Assembly: GCA_947626975.1 (NCBI GenBank)
Contig: CANQUF010000006.1
Coordinates: 1 to 50,906 of the forward strand
From: an uncultured Clostridia bacterium
Lineage (GTDB): Bacteria > Bacillota > Clostridia > TANB77 > CAG-465
Direction: 5' to 3'
DNA length: 50,906 nt
Numbering within the stretch: the stretch's first letter is position 1; the number at the start of each line of letters is the position of its first letter. The notes under the pieces were generated by a model. It ran no database searches. It was not told where the DNA came from and worked only from the letters and a program-made list of their open reading frames with translations. Below are positions 1 to 11,853 of this stretch, one piece after another. The position numbers and the translations under genes are program-made.

Positions 1-74
1 TATATCAAAAAAAGTAGCCAATATTGGTAATTTTTATTTTCCCTTTTTTGGTTACTTTTATTTTATCATTTTTA
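1..74 (-). repeat. Left copy of 74-bp inverted repeat shared with the right end of the window (probable mobile-element end)
   Basis: Reverse complement of 1..74 is identical to 50832..50905; identity stops at 75/50831. Confidence 0.95.
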
Positions 75-75
75 A

Positions 76-450
76 AAAATATCAACAAATTTAATTTGTT
101 ATAAATATGGATGTTCAAAAGCATTAAAAAATGCAGGTAGTTTATATAATTTGCTAAAACCTGCTGTTGATAAAAACTTAGATTTTCATGAATGGGATAC
201 AATTAAAGTAGGTGCTTGGTCTAAAGAAAAGGTTATTATAGCAGTAAGATGGCTAATTGAAGAAAAGCTAAAATGGTCATATGAAGAAGTGTATAATAAT
301 ATATCTGCTTCAATATTTTATAAAAATAATTTAGGAGGTATGCTTAGTAAATTCTGCAATAACAGTCCCCTTATAGCTCTTCAAATTGCTTATCCAGGTA
401 AATATACTTCTTTAAAAAACAAAAAGCCAAAATTTAAAAATAAACCATAG
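76..450 (+). pseudogene. DUF4046-type repeat protein, 5'-truncated
   Basis: Frame is open from 76 (KISTNLICYKYGCSKALKNAGSLYNLLKP...) and has no proper start or RBS. W-SKEKVIIAVRWLIEEKLKW...GGML...NSPLIALQIAYPGKY matches the clostridial DUF4046 repeat as I recall it. Confidence 0.7.
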
Positions 451-473
451 CTAGAAATAGTTATGGTTTTTTT
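442..473 (+). terminator. Intrinsic terminator
   Basis: AAACCATAGCTA-GAAA-TAGTTATGGTTT followed by a T run. Confidence 0.8.
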
Positions 474-829
474 ATTAATATATTTTATATCAACAATTAC
501 ATTTTTATATCTTCTAAATATTATTCCTTATTATATTTTATATTTTTTTATCAAAGTAGTCTGAATAATAGTTCAATTCACAACTTATAAATTTGTTACA
601 ATTAAAATAATTGCATGAATTTTTACAAGATAAAATTTAGATTAAAAATAGCATATTTTTATAAATAAATAATTTTTATAAAAATTAAGTTGTAAATGGC
701 AACTATATTTTACATAAATTTTAATATTTTTCATATTTTGTATTTACTTTTTATGTAAAATATGATATAATAATTTCATACAGTTTAATCGAAAGATTAA
801 AAAAATTTTTAATCAAAGGGGTTTTTTTT

Positions 830-1357
830 ATGACACTTACAATTAACTTAATCGACCAGACATTTGATACGCCTGAAGCCATCGACAAAGTCTATGAAGA
901 AACAGAAGAAACAAATGATTGGGTTAATAATTGGTTCAATTACATTTACAATCGTTCTTACCCATCATATGAATCGATTTATTCAAAAAAACATATAAAA
1001 GAAAAAGGTGGTAGAAGACAAAGAAGAAGAACAAAAAGGAAATTTAAGCAAAAGGATAGAGGACTGCTTTCTCGTTACTATAGTTTAGTCCGCGAAGATA
1101 GATTTTACTCCATAACTTCAAAGCGCGAAGCTGAACGTTCGGAAAGAAAAATCATATCCGAAGGCTTAGCGGCCTATTATGACGATTCTTTGCTATTAAG
1201 CGAAGAAGAAGAGCACTATTCGGAAATAGAAAAATTAAAGAAATATAAAAATTGGTGTTTATATGATGCATTGTATGATGTACTTAAATTCTGTGAGGAT
1301 GAGGATATTTATTGCATCATACTCGATCTGATTTCTGAGATCCTGCCAAGAATTTAA
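830..1357 (+). CDS. Hypothetical protein with Arg/Lys-rich central segment
   Basis: 175-aa ORF, AAAGGGG RBS, upstream TGATATAAT extended -10, downstream terminator; no family recognised. Confidence 0.7.
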   Translation: MTLTINLIDQTFDTPEAIDKVYEETEETNDWVNNWFNYIYNRSYPSYESIYSKKHIKEKGGRRQRRRTKRKFKQKDRGLLSRYYSLVREDRFYSITSKREAERSERKIISEGLAAYYDDSLLLSEEEEHYSEIEKLKKYKNWCLYDALYDVLKFCEDEDIYCIILDLISEILPRI

Positions 1358-1363
1358 TAGTTC

Positions 1364-1397
1364 AAAAACCCCCGAGATTAATTTCTCGGGAGTTTTT
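1364..1397. terminator. Bidirectional terminator
   Basis: AAAAACCCCCGAGA...TCTCGGGAGTTTTT between convergent genes. Confidence 0.85.
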
Positions 1398-1398
1398 A

Positions 1399-1956
1399 TT
1401 ATATTCTTTCCATATAAGTTCCTGTTCTTGTATCTATACGAATTTTATCTCCAATTTCTACGAAAATTGGAACGTTAAAATTAGCTCCAGTTTCTACAGT
1501 ACATGGTTTTGTTTGACCAGTTGCTGTTGCACCTTTTATTCCAGGTTCAGTATATGTTACTTCAAGTTCTACAAAAGTTGGTGGTTCTACACCAAATATT
1601 TTACCTTTATATGATAATACTTTTACTAACATACTATCTTTTAGATAAGGTAATGTATCTACAATTTGTTCTTTTGTAAGTTCAACTTGTTCATAAGTAG
1701 TTGTATCCATAAAAGTATACATATCACCTTCACTATACAAAAATTGCATTTCTTGTACAGTAACTTGAGTTTCTTCAAATTTTTCTGATGGATTAAAAGT
1801 TTTCTCTAAAGTTTGGCCTGTTATAACATTTTTTAACTTTGTTCTAACAAAAGCTGCTCCCTTACCTGGTTTTACATGTTGAAATTCTACAACTCTATAT
1901 GCAGAGTTATCCATTTCAAAAGTTACACCATTTCTAAAATCTCCTGCAAAAATCAT
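1399..1956 (-). CDS. efp: Elongation factor P
   Basis: [17 protein letters not shown] loop; C-terminal [10 protein letters not shown]. Confidence 0.98.
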   Translation of the reverse strand: MIFAGDFRNGVTFEMDNSAYRVVEFQHVKPGKGAAFVRTKLKNVITGQTLEKTFNPSEKFEETQVTVQEMQFLYSEGDMYTFMDTTTYEQVELTKEQIVDTLPYLKDSMLVKVLSYKGKIFGVEPPTFVELEVTYTEPGIKGATATGQTKPCTVETGANFNVPIFVEIGDKIRIDTRTGTYMERI

Positions 1957-1971
1957 AAAGTACCTCCTTAA

Positions 1972-2319
1972 TTATTTTTGAACTTTTTCTACTAATGCTT
2001 TAAATCCTACCATATCATTTACAGCCATTTCTGCAAGCATTTTTCTATTAATAGTTATATTAGATTTTTTTAATCCTGACATAAGCTTACTATATGTTGT
2101 TCCATTCATTCTAGCTGCTGCATTTATTCTTGCAATCCAAAGTTGTCTAAAATTTCTCTTTTTTTGTTTTCTTCCAATATATGCATATTTTAAAGATTTC
2201 ATAACAGCTTGATTTGCCATTCTATATCTTACAGATTTAGCTCCAAAATATCCTTTTGCTCTTTTTAATATTTTCTTATGTCTTGCTCTTGTAGTAACTG
2301 CTCCTTTTACTCTTGCCAT
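1972..2319 (-). CDS. rplT: 50S ribosomal protein L20
   Basis: MARVKG...AKGYFG...[13 protein letters not shown]. Confidence 0.98.
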   Translation of the reverse strand: MARVKGAVTTRARHKKILKRAKGYFGAKSVRYRMANQAVMKSLKYAYIGRKQKKRNFRQLWIARINAAARMNGTTYSKLMSGLKKSNITINRKMLAEMAVNDMVGFKALVEKVQK

Positions 2320-2355
2320 TTTATTTTCTCCCCTTCCTTTAAGTTTATTAAATTA

Positions 2356-2553
2356 TTAATCATATGGTAATAGTTTTTTAACAGCTTTCTTATTTGCACT
2401 ATCTACATATGATGATTTTTTTAAAGACATCTTTCTTTTTGGTGACTTTCCTGTTAATTTATGTGCACGATTTGCAACATTTTTCTTAATTTTACCATTT
2501 CCAGTTACAGATAATCTTTTTTTAGATGAACTATGTGTTTTTATTTTTGGCAT
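2356..2553 (-). CDS. rpmI: 50S ribosomal protein L35
   Basis: MPKIKTHSSSKKR...; lies between infC and rplT. Confidence 0.97.
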   Translation of the reverse strand: MPKIKTHSSSKKRLSVTGNGKIKKNVANRAHKLTGKSPKRKMSLKKSSYVDSANKKAVKKLLPYD

Positions 2554-2578
2554 AATATTCTCTCCTCTCTAATAAATA

Positions 2579-3088
2579 TTATTTTTGTTTTGGTGACAAA
2601 AACATAGTTAAATTTTTACCTTCAAGTTTTGGTTCTTTATCAATTTGCGAATCAATAAGTAAATCACAGAAATTTTTCATAATTTCTTTACCTTGATTTA
2701 TAAAATTAAGTTCTCTTCCTCTAAATCTCATACTAACTTTAACTTTATTTCCAGTTGTTAAAAATTTATTAGCATTTTTTGCTTTTACTTCTAAATCATG
2801 TTTATCAATATTTGGTGATAACCTAATTTCTTTTATTTCTATAATTTTTTGATTTTTCTTAGCTTCTTTTGCTTTTTTTATCATCTCAAATTTGTATTTA
2901 CTATAATCTAATATTTTACATACTGGATTATTTTCATTTGGTGAAACTAAAACTAAATCATACCCTCTTTCATATGCTAAATCAATAGCTTTACTTGTTG
3001 ACATTTTTCCAATTTTTTCACCATTCTCATTTATTACTTGAACTTCTGCAAATTTTATTTGTTCATTAACTAAAAAATCTTGTTTTAT
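2579..3088 (-). CDS. infC: Translation initiation factor IF-3 (non-canonical ATA start inferred)
   Basis: NEQI...DLVLVSPN...CKILDYSKYKFE...KVKVSMRFRGRE; GGAGGTG RBS at 3101..3095 precedes in-frame ATA at 3088. Confidence 0.95.
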   Translation of the reverse strand: MKQDFLVNEQIKFAEVQVINENGEKIGKMSTSKAIDLAYERGYDLVLVSPNENNPVCKILDYSKYKFEMIKKAKEAKKNQKIIEIKEIRLSPNIDKHDLEVKAKNANKFLTTGNKVKVSMRFRGRELNFINQGKEIMKNFCDLLIDSQIDKEPKLEGKNLTMFLSPKQK

Positions 3089-3112
3089 TTTTAACACCTC
3101 CACAAAAAATAT

Positions 3113-3262
3113 AAAAAAGATTGCTCTTATTAATAAAGGCAATCATCTCAAATACAATATTAGATATACTTATATATTATAAATAATATAAGTTATAAAT
3201 TTGTTTATTGTAACCTTACTAAGACAAAACTCGCAAGGTGAGAAGATTTCCTCTACTTTACG
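3113..3262 (-). ncRNA. L20 ribosomal protein leader
   Basis: Minus strand AAAGTAGAGGAAATCTTCTCACCTT...AAGGT and terminator GATTGCCTTT...AGAGCAATCTTTTTT directly upstream of infC-rpmI-rplT. Confidence 0.8.
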
Positions 3263-3268
3263 AGTTAT

Positions 3269-3297
3269 ATTTTAACATAATATTTTTATTTTGTCAA
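3269..3297 (-). promoter_or_regulatory. SigA promoter of infC operon
   Basis: TTGACA-17bp-TAAAAT with TG extension. Confidence 0.8.
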
Positions 3298-3306
3298 GTG
3301 CATTTT

Positions 3307-4842
3307 TTATTTTTCAACTAAAGTTAAATAATATTCATATCCTGAATATTCATTATCAAAATTACTTGGATATTTTGTATTAAATCTTTTGCTACTAATT
3401 AAATTAAATTTATCATTATTTTTAATAAAGCTGTTATAAAACCCTTGATCTGAAGTATCAATTATCCAAATTCTACCACTATATTCATTTAAAAAATCTA
3501 AATTTTCTACTGTTTCCATTTGTGGTTCATAAGCTTTATATGCTTCTTTTACCTCCCAATGATAATAATTATAAAAATATTGTTTATTATCTTTAAAATT
3601 TACAGCAAATACTGAACCATTACCTATATGTGAATATATTAAAATGTCATTTTCTTTAATATTTTCATTTAGATATTCAATTTGTTTCATATTAGAATTA
3701 TCATAATTATTATTTATAAATGAAATATTATTTACAAGAGATGTTACAAATATTATTATGCATATTTCAATAGTTATATATGTCGATTTTTCTTTTGACA
3801 TTATACTTGCAATAAAAAATATTAATAATCCTGTTATTACCACTAAGTATCTTGGATATAATATTGGACTTTTTAATGATATTATAAGTGCTACTAAAAT
3901 AACAGAAATGTATATGCATATTGATTTAATAGCTGCTTTTAAAATATTATTATCATTATTTACTTTATTTTCTTTTATATATTTATAAATTACAAAGCCT
4001 AAATAAATATATAAACATATTGCAAAACAAAATCCAAAAATATTACTAAAGTTTCCCATAAATTGTATTCCTAATACATTAAATAATGTTTCAGGAAATT
4101 CAAGCTTTATCCAAAAATCTTTTTTTACATACATTAATTGTTGTATAAAATAATATAGCCAAGGTACATATAATAAAACTTCACATATAGCTTGTATAAT
4201 AAATATTATTAAATTCCTTTTTTGTATTTTTCTATTCTTTAAAAAATATATAAATAAAACTAAGTTAATAATTCCTGCAGCCATAACTCCATAGTAATGT
4301 GTATATGCACTAAGTAAACTAAAAAGTGCAAATATAATCCAATTCTTTACGCTGTTTTTTTTATTATAAATTCTATTTGCATAAATAGCAGTAATTGTAA
4401 CAAATAACATTACCCACGTATACATTCTTATTTGCAAAGCATATGAGGTTATGACTGGTAAAAATAAAGTTAAAAATGAAAATAATATTCCTGTCTTTTC
4501 ATCAAAATCTTTTCTTATATGAGTTATTCCTAAAATTGATAATATAGTTACAGGTAATATTGAAAATAATCTGTAAATTATTATATTGTTTCCAAATATA
4601 ATAGAAATAATCCTTAACATTATATAATAAAATACTGGATGTACATCATGTCCTCCAATATTCCATATATCAATAATACTATGATTTGAAATTGCAACAG
4701 AATATGATTCATCAAACCAAACATTACTGTGGAATGCTCCTAACGATATAAATATTGAACCTAATATAATAATTATAATATTTAATATTAATATTTTATT
4801 TCTTTTATTTTTTACTACAATTAGTGCATTATTTTTTTCCAT
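3307..4842 (-). CDS. GT-C fold membrane glycosyltransferase (PMT/GT39-like)
   Basis: WFDESYS and DVHPVFYY in the first loop, RMY, YTHYYG, many TM helices. Confidence 0.8.
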   Translation of the reverse strand: MEKNNALIVVKNKRNKILILNIIIIILGSIFISLGAFHSNVWFDESYSVAISNHSIIDIWNIGGHDVHPVFYYIMLRIISIIFGNNIIIYRLFSILPVTILSILGITHIRKDFDEKTGILFSFLTLFLPVITSYALQIRMYTWVMLFVTITAIYANRIYNKKNSVKNWIIFALFSLLSAYTHYYGVMAAGIINLVLFIYFLKNRKIQKRNLIIFIIQAICEVLLYVPWLYYFIQQLMYVKKDFWIKLEFPETLFNVLGIQFMGNFSNIFGFCFAICLYIYLGFVIYKYIKENKVNNDNNILKAAIKSICIYISVILVALIISLKSPILYPRYLVVITGLLIFFIASIMSKEKSTYITIEICIIIFVTSLVNNISFINNNYDNSNMKQIEYLNENIKENDILIYSHIGNGSVFAVNFKDNKQYFYNYYHWEVKEAYKAYEPQMETVENLDFLNEYSGRIWIIDTSDQGFYNSFIKNNDKFNLISSKRFNTKYPSNFDNEYSGYEYYLTLVEK

Positions 4843-5165
4843 TTATTACTCCTTCTATTCTATATTATGTGCTATATATTATAATTCTTCTAATAATAAC
4901 ATATTTTTAATAAAAAGTAAATATTTATAAATAAATTTAAGTAAAAACACTTTACATAACTTTTAATAATAATGGTAATCATATTTTCTATTTCATTATA
5001 TATACTTATAATGAGTATTTAAATGTAATATTTACAAACTTCTTCTACCATATAGTTGTTATTTATATTAAAGAAATATTACTATTTAAATTACAGCCAA
5101 AATTAATAGTATTTATGAAGATTTTTTATAAATTTATATTATAGCTAATTCTTAATACATACGTA

Positions 5166-5197
5166 AATAACTCCACCATTAATTTGGTGGAGTTATT
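5166..5197 (-). terminator. Terminator after gyrB
   Basis: AATAACTCCACCA...TGGTGGAGTTATT. Confidence 0.8.
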
Positions 5198-5199
5198 AT

Positions 5200-7131
<1,932 letters not shown>

Positions 7132-7162
7132 CTAACATATTTATTTATATCATATTTTTATA

Positions 7163-8236
7163 TTAAATTTCAAGTCTTCCATTTAAAACTTTTAAAATAT
7201 TTATATTATCAATATCTTTTACAAATTTTGAATCAGTAGTAGTTATTATACTTTGATAATTTTGTATATATTTTAGTAAAAAATTAATTCTATTTTCATC
7301 TAATTCAGACATTATGTCATCAAGTAATAATATAGGTTCCTCTTCTATTATATCTTTTAAAACTTCAAAATTTGCAAGTTTTAAAGAAAGCATTGCAGTT
7401 CTATTTTGACCTTGTGAACCAAATTTTTCAACTTCTAAATCATTTATATATATACTTATATCATCTCGTTGAATTCCCTTTACTGAGGATTTTCTTAATA
7501 GCTCTATATATAAATGTTCATCTAAAATATCTTTAATTTCTTTTTTTTCTAAATTAGAAAAATCAGTATTATAGTGTAAATTTATATTTTCTTTATTATT
7601 AGTTAAATTCATTTCTATTATTTTAGCTTTTTCTAATATTTTTTCTATTATTTTTTTTCTATATTTTACTATATTTACAATATATTCACTCATTTTTTCA
7701 TGCAAAACAAAAATATAATCTTTATCTACTATATCTTTTTTTAGCATTGAATTTTTTAATTTTAAGCATTTATTATATTCTTGTAGACATATTAAGTATG
7801 ATTTTGAAATTTGACTACATATCATATCAATAAAATTACGCCTTTTGGAAGGTGAACCTTTTATAATATCTAAACTATCAGGAGAAAATATTACAATTGG
7901 TATCTCACCTATATAGTCAGATATTTTTTTTATTTTTATTTCATTTTTCTTAATAATTTTTTTATTTAATTTATCAATATATATTTCAACTTTGTTATCA
8001 ATATTTTTTTTATTATAATCTAATTGCACTCTTAAGAAATCTTTATTTAAATTTATCATTTCTACATCTTTAGTTGCTCTGTATGATTTTCCAAATGAAG
8101 ATAAATATATTGATTCAATAATATTTGTTTTTCCTTGTGCATTATCTCCTACAAATAAATTTATTCCTTTAATAAAGTTTATACATTGATTTTCATAATT
8201 TCTAAAATTAGTTAAGTTTAATCTATTTAAAAACAT
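7163..8236 (-). CDS. recF: DNA replication/repair protein RecF
   Basis: NFRNY, GDNAQGKTN, FGSQGQ, LLLDDIMSELD. Confidence 0.97.
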   Translation of the reverse strand: MFLNRLNLTNFRNYENQCINFIKGINLFVGDNAQGKTNIIESIYLSSFGKSYRATKDVEMINLNKDFLRVQLDYNKKNIDNKVEIYIDKLNKKIIKKNEIKIKKISDYIGEIPIVIFSPDSLDIIKGSPSKRRNFIDMICSQISKSYLICLQEYNKCLKLKNSMLKKDIVDKDYIFVLHEKMSEYIVNIVKYRKKIIEKILEKAKIIEMNLTNNKENINLHYNTDFSNLEKKEIKDILDEHLYIELLRKSSVKGIQRDDISIYINDLEVEKFGSQGQNRTAMLSLKLANFEVLKDIIEEEPILLLDDIMSELDENRINFLLKYIQNYQSIITTTDSKFVKDIDNINILKVLNGRLEI

Positions 8237-8255
8237 TTACAATTACCTATATTAA

Positions 8256-9374
8256 TTATTGTTGTCTTAATTTTATTGGAAGAACTACATATATATAATC
8301 TTTATTTGTAATAGGTTTTATAAGTACTGGTGATATATTAGTAGTAAATTCTATTAAAATTTCTGGATCATCTATAACTTTTAATACTTCTATTATATAT
8401 CTTGGATTAAATCCTATTTCTATATTTTTACCTTCTACTACAGCATTTATTGCTTCCTTGGCATCTCCTGTATCACTTACACAAGTAAGTATAATTCCAT
8501 CAATCCCTATATTCATTTTTACTGGAGATTTTTTATCTTTTTCCTTATTTTCTTTTGCAAAAAGTGCAACTCTTTCAAAAGCATCTAATAAATTTTTAGT
8601 TTTTACTTTTACACGTGTTTCCATATTTTCTGGAATTATTCCATTATAATTTAAAAATTCTCCTTCTATTATTCTACTTATAATAATACTATTTTCAAAT
8701 TCAAATAATGCTTGATTTTTATTAACACCAATCTTTATCATTTTATCAGTCTCATCAGTTAAAATTTTTAAAATTTCTGCTAGTACTTTACCAGGAATTA
8801 TAGCTTTAAAATCATTAATTTTATTATTATTTAAATGTTTTCTTAATGCAAGTCTAAATCCATCTACTGCTACTATAGTTAAAACATTATTTTCTACTTT
8901 TAGTAAAGCTCCATTGTATATAGGTCTATTTTCGTCAGTACTAATAGCAAACATAGTTTTTCTAATCATATCTTTTATTACTTTTTGCTCTAGTTCAATA
9001 GAATTTTCTATATTAAATATAGGAAGTTTAGGATATTCTTGTGCATTCATTATTGATAATTTAAAAATACCATTTGTAGATTTTATAATAAATAAATTAT
9101 CATCAACAGTTATTTCAATTGACTCATCTTCTATTCTTCTTAAAATTTCATTTAATGTCTTTAATTCTACTACAACTTTTCCCTCTTCTTCTATTTTTGC
9201 TGGAAGTGTATGCTTAGCTCCTATTTCTAAGTCATATGTTGTTAATTTTATTTCTTGATTAATTGCTTCAATTAAAACACCTTCTAATATAGGCATAGTA
9301 GTTTTTGATATAGATGTTTTAGAAACTATATTTAATCCATTTATTATTTCTTTTAAATTACATGTTAATTTCAT
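8256..9374 (-). CDS. dnaN: DNA polymerase III beta clamp
   Basis: PILEGVLI, AVDGFRLA, IGFNPRY, VLPIKL; downstream of dnaA. Confidence 0.97.
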   Translation of the reverse strand: MKLTCNLKEIINGLNIVSKTSISKTTMPILEGVLIEAINQEIKLTTYDLEIGAKHTLPAKIEEEGKVVVELKTLNEILRRIEDESIEITVDDNLFIIKSTNGIFKLSIMNAQEYPKLPIFNIENSIELEQKVIKDMIRKTMFAISTDENRPIYNGALLKVENNVLTIVAVDGFRLALRKHLNNNKINDFKAIIPGKVLAEILKILTDETDKMIKIGVNKNQALFEFENSIIISRIIEGEFLNYNGIIPENMETRVKVKTKNLLDAFERVALFAKENKEKDKKSPVKMNIGIDGIILTCVSDTGDAKEAINAVVEGKNIEIGFNPRYIIEVLKVIDDPEILIEFTTNISPVLIKPITNKDYIYVVLPIKLRQQ

Positions 9375-9731
9375 AATTACTCCCCCACTGTTTTAAATTT
9401 TTAAGATAGTTATAAACATAATCCACACATATAATGCGTACATATATATATAATATTATATTATTATATATATTTAGTAGTAGTAGTAGTAGGTATTGTG
9501 GAAAGTGTTGATAAGTATCTAAATATATTGATATCATTACAATTCTAGTTGTTGATAAGTCTGTGGATAACTTGTTAAAATAATCCACAGAAAATTTGTT
9601 CACTGTGGATTATTTTAAATTTTAAATTTTATTCACAGTTTATTCACATGGTTATCCACAATAATCTGTGGATAAGTTTTTATATGTAATACTTTTGAAA
9701 ATATTTTGTAATAAAGTTGTAATAATCTGTT
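9375..9731. other. oriC unwinding region (dnaA-dnaN intergenic): DnaA boxes, DnaA-trios, AT-rich DUE
   Basis: Perfect boxes TGTGGATAA 9562, TTATCCACA 9652, TGTGGATAA 9667 plus several one-mismatch boxes; (TAG)6 at 9475..9492 next to boxes at 9497..9514; AT tract at ~9441..9474. Confidence 0.93.
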
Positions 9732-11147
9732 CTAACCCTCAATTGATAAGGCTTTTTTAATATCTTCTATTAAATCTCTTGTTTCAGAATTTTTATCATA
9801 TTCATCTTTAATTTTAGAATAAGCATGTAATACAGTAGAGTGATCTCTTCCACCAAAATCCTTTCCTATATTTGGAAAAGATAAATTTGCAAGTTCTCTA
9901 CAAAGATACATTGCTATTTGTCTAGGGTATGCTACACTATTAGATCTTTTATCACTTACAATATCACTAACCTTTATATTAAAGAATTTACATACTACTT
10001 GCATTATTAATTTACTAGTTAATACTTTCGTATTTTTAACAAGTATAGATTCAATTGTATTATCAACTACTGCATCAGTAAGTTCATTGTTTGTAAATGA
10101 AGTATATGCTACTAGTTTATTAAATACTCCTTCTAATTCACGAATATTTGATTTTACTCTGCTTGCAATTTTTACTAATATATCATCATTTATTACATAT
10201 CTTTCTTTTTCAGCTTTTTTTCTTAAAATAGCAAGACGTGTTTCATAGTCTGGAGCTTGAATATCAACTGATAGCCCCATTTCAAATCTTGTTTTTAACC
10301 TATCTTCTAATAGATTAATTTCTTTTGGTGGTTTTTCAGATGTTAGTATAATTTGTTTTCCACTTTCAAATAATGTATTGAATGTATGGAAAAATTCTTC
10401 TTGACATTTTTCTTTTCCTGCTAAAAATTGTATATCGTCTATTAATAGTAAATCGATATTTCTATATTTTTTTCTAAATGATTCATTTTTATCAGTCATA
10501 ATAGCTGATACTAATTCATTTGCAAATAATTCACCTGTAGCATATATCATTTTTAAATCAGGATTATTTTCAAGTATTGCATTTCCAATAGCTTGCATTA
10601 AATGAGTTTTTCCAAGTCCTACTCCCCCATATATAAATAACGGATTATATTTTTTACCTGGGTTTTCTGATACTGCAATTGCTGCTGCATGTGCAAATCT
10701 ATTATTAGAACCTATAATAAAATTATCAAACGTGTATTTTGAATTTAACCCATAGTTTTCTTTTTTAGTATTAAGTACATTAATACTTGTATCTTTTGTA
10801 TTTTCTTCTTCTACTTTATCTTTTGTGGTTTGTACATTAGATTGCAAATTTGATGTTTCTTCTATTTCTTCATTTTCATTTGAATTATCTGGAATCAATT
10901 CTTTAGCTTCAAAGATTATGTTGTATGATTTTTTCGTTAAAAAAGTAAGAGTATTTTGTATTAAGTCTAAAAATCTTTTTTTACAAATTTCAATATGATA
11001 ATTTGATGGAGATAAAAAACATAAAGTATTTTCATCAACAAGTCTTGGAACCATTACTTCAACATAAGTTTTGTATCCAACAGGAGATATTTCTTCTTGT
11101 AGTATTTCTAAGGCTTGAGACCAAATTTGCATAAAATTCTCTTCCAT
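9732..11147 (-). CDS. dnaA: Chromosomal replication initiator DnaA
   Basis: YNPLFIYGGVGLGKTHLM, LLIDDIQF, GGRDHSTVLHA; start set at the MEENF ATG after AAAGGTGG RBS. Confidence 0.98.
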   Translation of the reverse strand: MEENFMQIWSQALEILQEEISPVGYKTYVEVMVPRLVDENTLCFLSPSNYHIEICKKRFLDLIQNTLTFLTKKSYNIIFEAKELIPDNSNENEEIEETSNLQSNVQTTKDKVEEENTKDTSINVLNTKKENYGLNSKYTFDNFIIGSNNRFAHAAAIAVSENPGKKYNPLFIYGGVGLGKTHLMQAIGNAILENNPDLKMIYATGELFANELVSAIMTDKNESFRKKYRNIDLLLIDDIQFLAGKEKCQEEFFHTFNTLFESGKQIILTSEKPPKEINLLEDRLKTRFEMGLSVDIQAPDYETRLAILRKKAEKERYVINDDILVKIASRVKSNIRELEGVFNKLVAYTSFTNNELTDAVVDNTIESILVKNTKVLTSKLIMQVVCKFFNIKVSDIVSDKRSNSVAYPRQIAMYLCRELANLSFPNIGKDFGGRDHSTVLHAYSKIKDEYDKNSETRDLIEDIKKALSIEG

Positions 11148-11640
11148 TAAAACCACCTTTCTTAAACATATGTTTTTTAAAGTTATCCACAGAGTTATCC
11201 ACAGGTGTTGATAACTTTTCGACAATATAATGTAAAATAAAATAAAATTTTACATAATTGTTGTGGATTAAAAAAAACATATAAATTTTTATATAAATTT
11301 TTGCTTTGATAAATATATCATGAAATATTGAAAAATACAAGTATATAAGATTCTTTTTATAAAAAAAATTTATAATTAAATTTATAAAAATATAAAAAAA
11401 CGCCTGTGGATAACTTTTTGTAAAATTGTAAATGAGATGAAATTAATTATAAAAAAATATACATATTACATAATAAAAATAAATTTAATAATTATTATAT
11501 TAGGTAAATTTGTTTCACAAAAATAATAGGAAAACTTTTTATGTAAAATTTCAAAAAACGATTGACAAATTGATTATTTTAATATATAATATTTTTACTT
11601 TGATTTTAAATAGAAATTTTGTATTGCATTAGGAGGTGTA
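11148..11640. other. oriC upstream DnaA-box cluster (dnaA-rpmH intergenic)
   Basis: TTATCCACA at 11183 and 11195, TGTGGATTA ~11262, TGTGGATAA 11405; also holds the rpmH promoter (TTGACA 11562 ... TATAAT). Confidence 0.88.
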
Positions 11641-11643
11641 ACA

Positions 11644-11778
11644 ATGAAAAGAACATATCAACCAAAAAAGATACATACTCAGAGAGTACATGGATTTAGA
11701 AAAAGAATGAGTACTGCTTCTGGACGTAATGTTTTAAAAAATAGAAGATTAAAAGGAAGAAAAGTGCTTAGTGCATAG
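11644..11778 (+). CDS. rpmH: 50S ribosomal protein L34 (absent from ORF track)
   Basis: [53 protein letters not shown]. Confidence 0.97.
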   Translation: MKRTYQPKKIHTQRVHGFRKRMSTASGRNVLKNRRLKGRKVLSA

Positions 11779-11789
11779 ACTACTTGATT

Positions 11790-11820
11790 AAAAGTGGGTA
11801 TGTTTTTCATACTCACTTTT
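11790..11820 (+). terminator. Hairpin/terminator after rpmH
   Basis: AAAAGTGGGTATG...CATACTCACTTTT. Confidence 0.7.
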
Positions 11821-11853
11821 ATAATTATATATAGTGTTTTTAAGGAGATTGCT

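Noticed and set aside
5-202. 65-aa minus-strand ORF
   Set aside because: It spans the repeat junction and is antisense to the DUF4046 fragment; no RBS.
9475-9492. (TAG)n microsatellite or phase-variation tract
   Set aside because: Its position beside DnaA boxes and the AT-rich tract identifies it as DnaA-trios.
9358-9603. 81-aa ORF in the dnaA-dnaN gap, and ORF 11059..11340
   Set aside because: These are translations of oriC DnaA boxes and trios, or overlap dnaA out of frame.
11511-11525. Second parS site (TGTTTCACAA...)
   Set aside because: Only a half-site; no palindrome.
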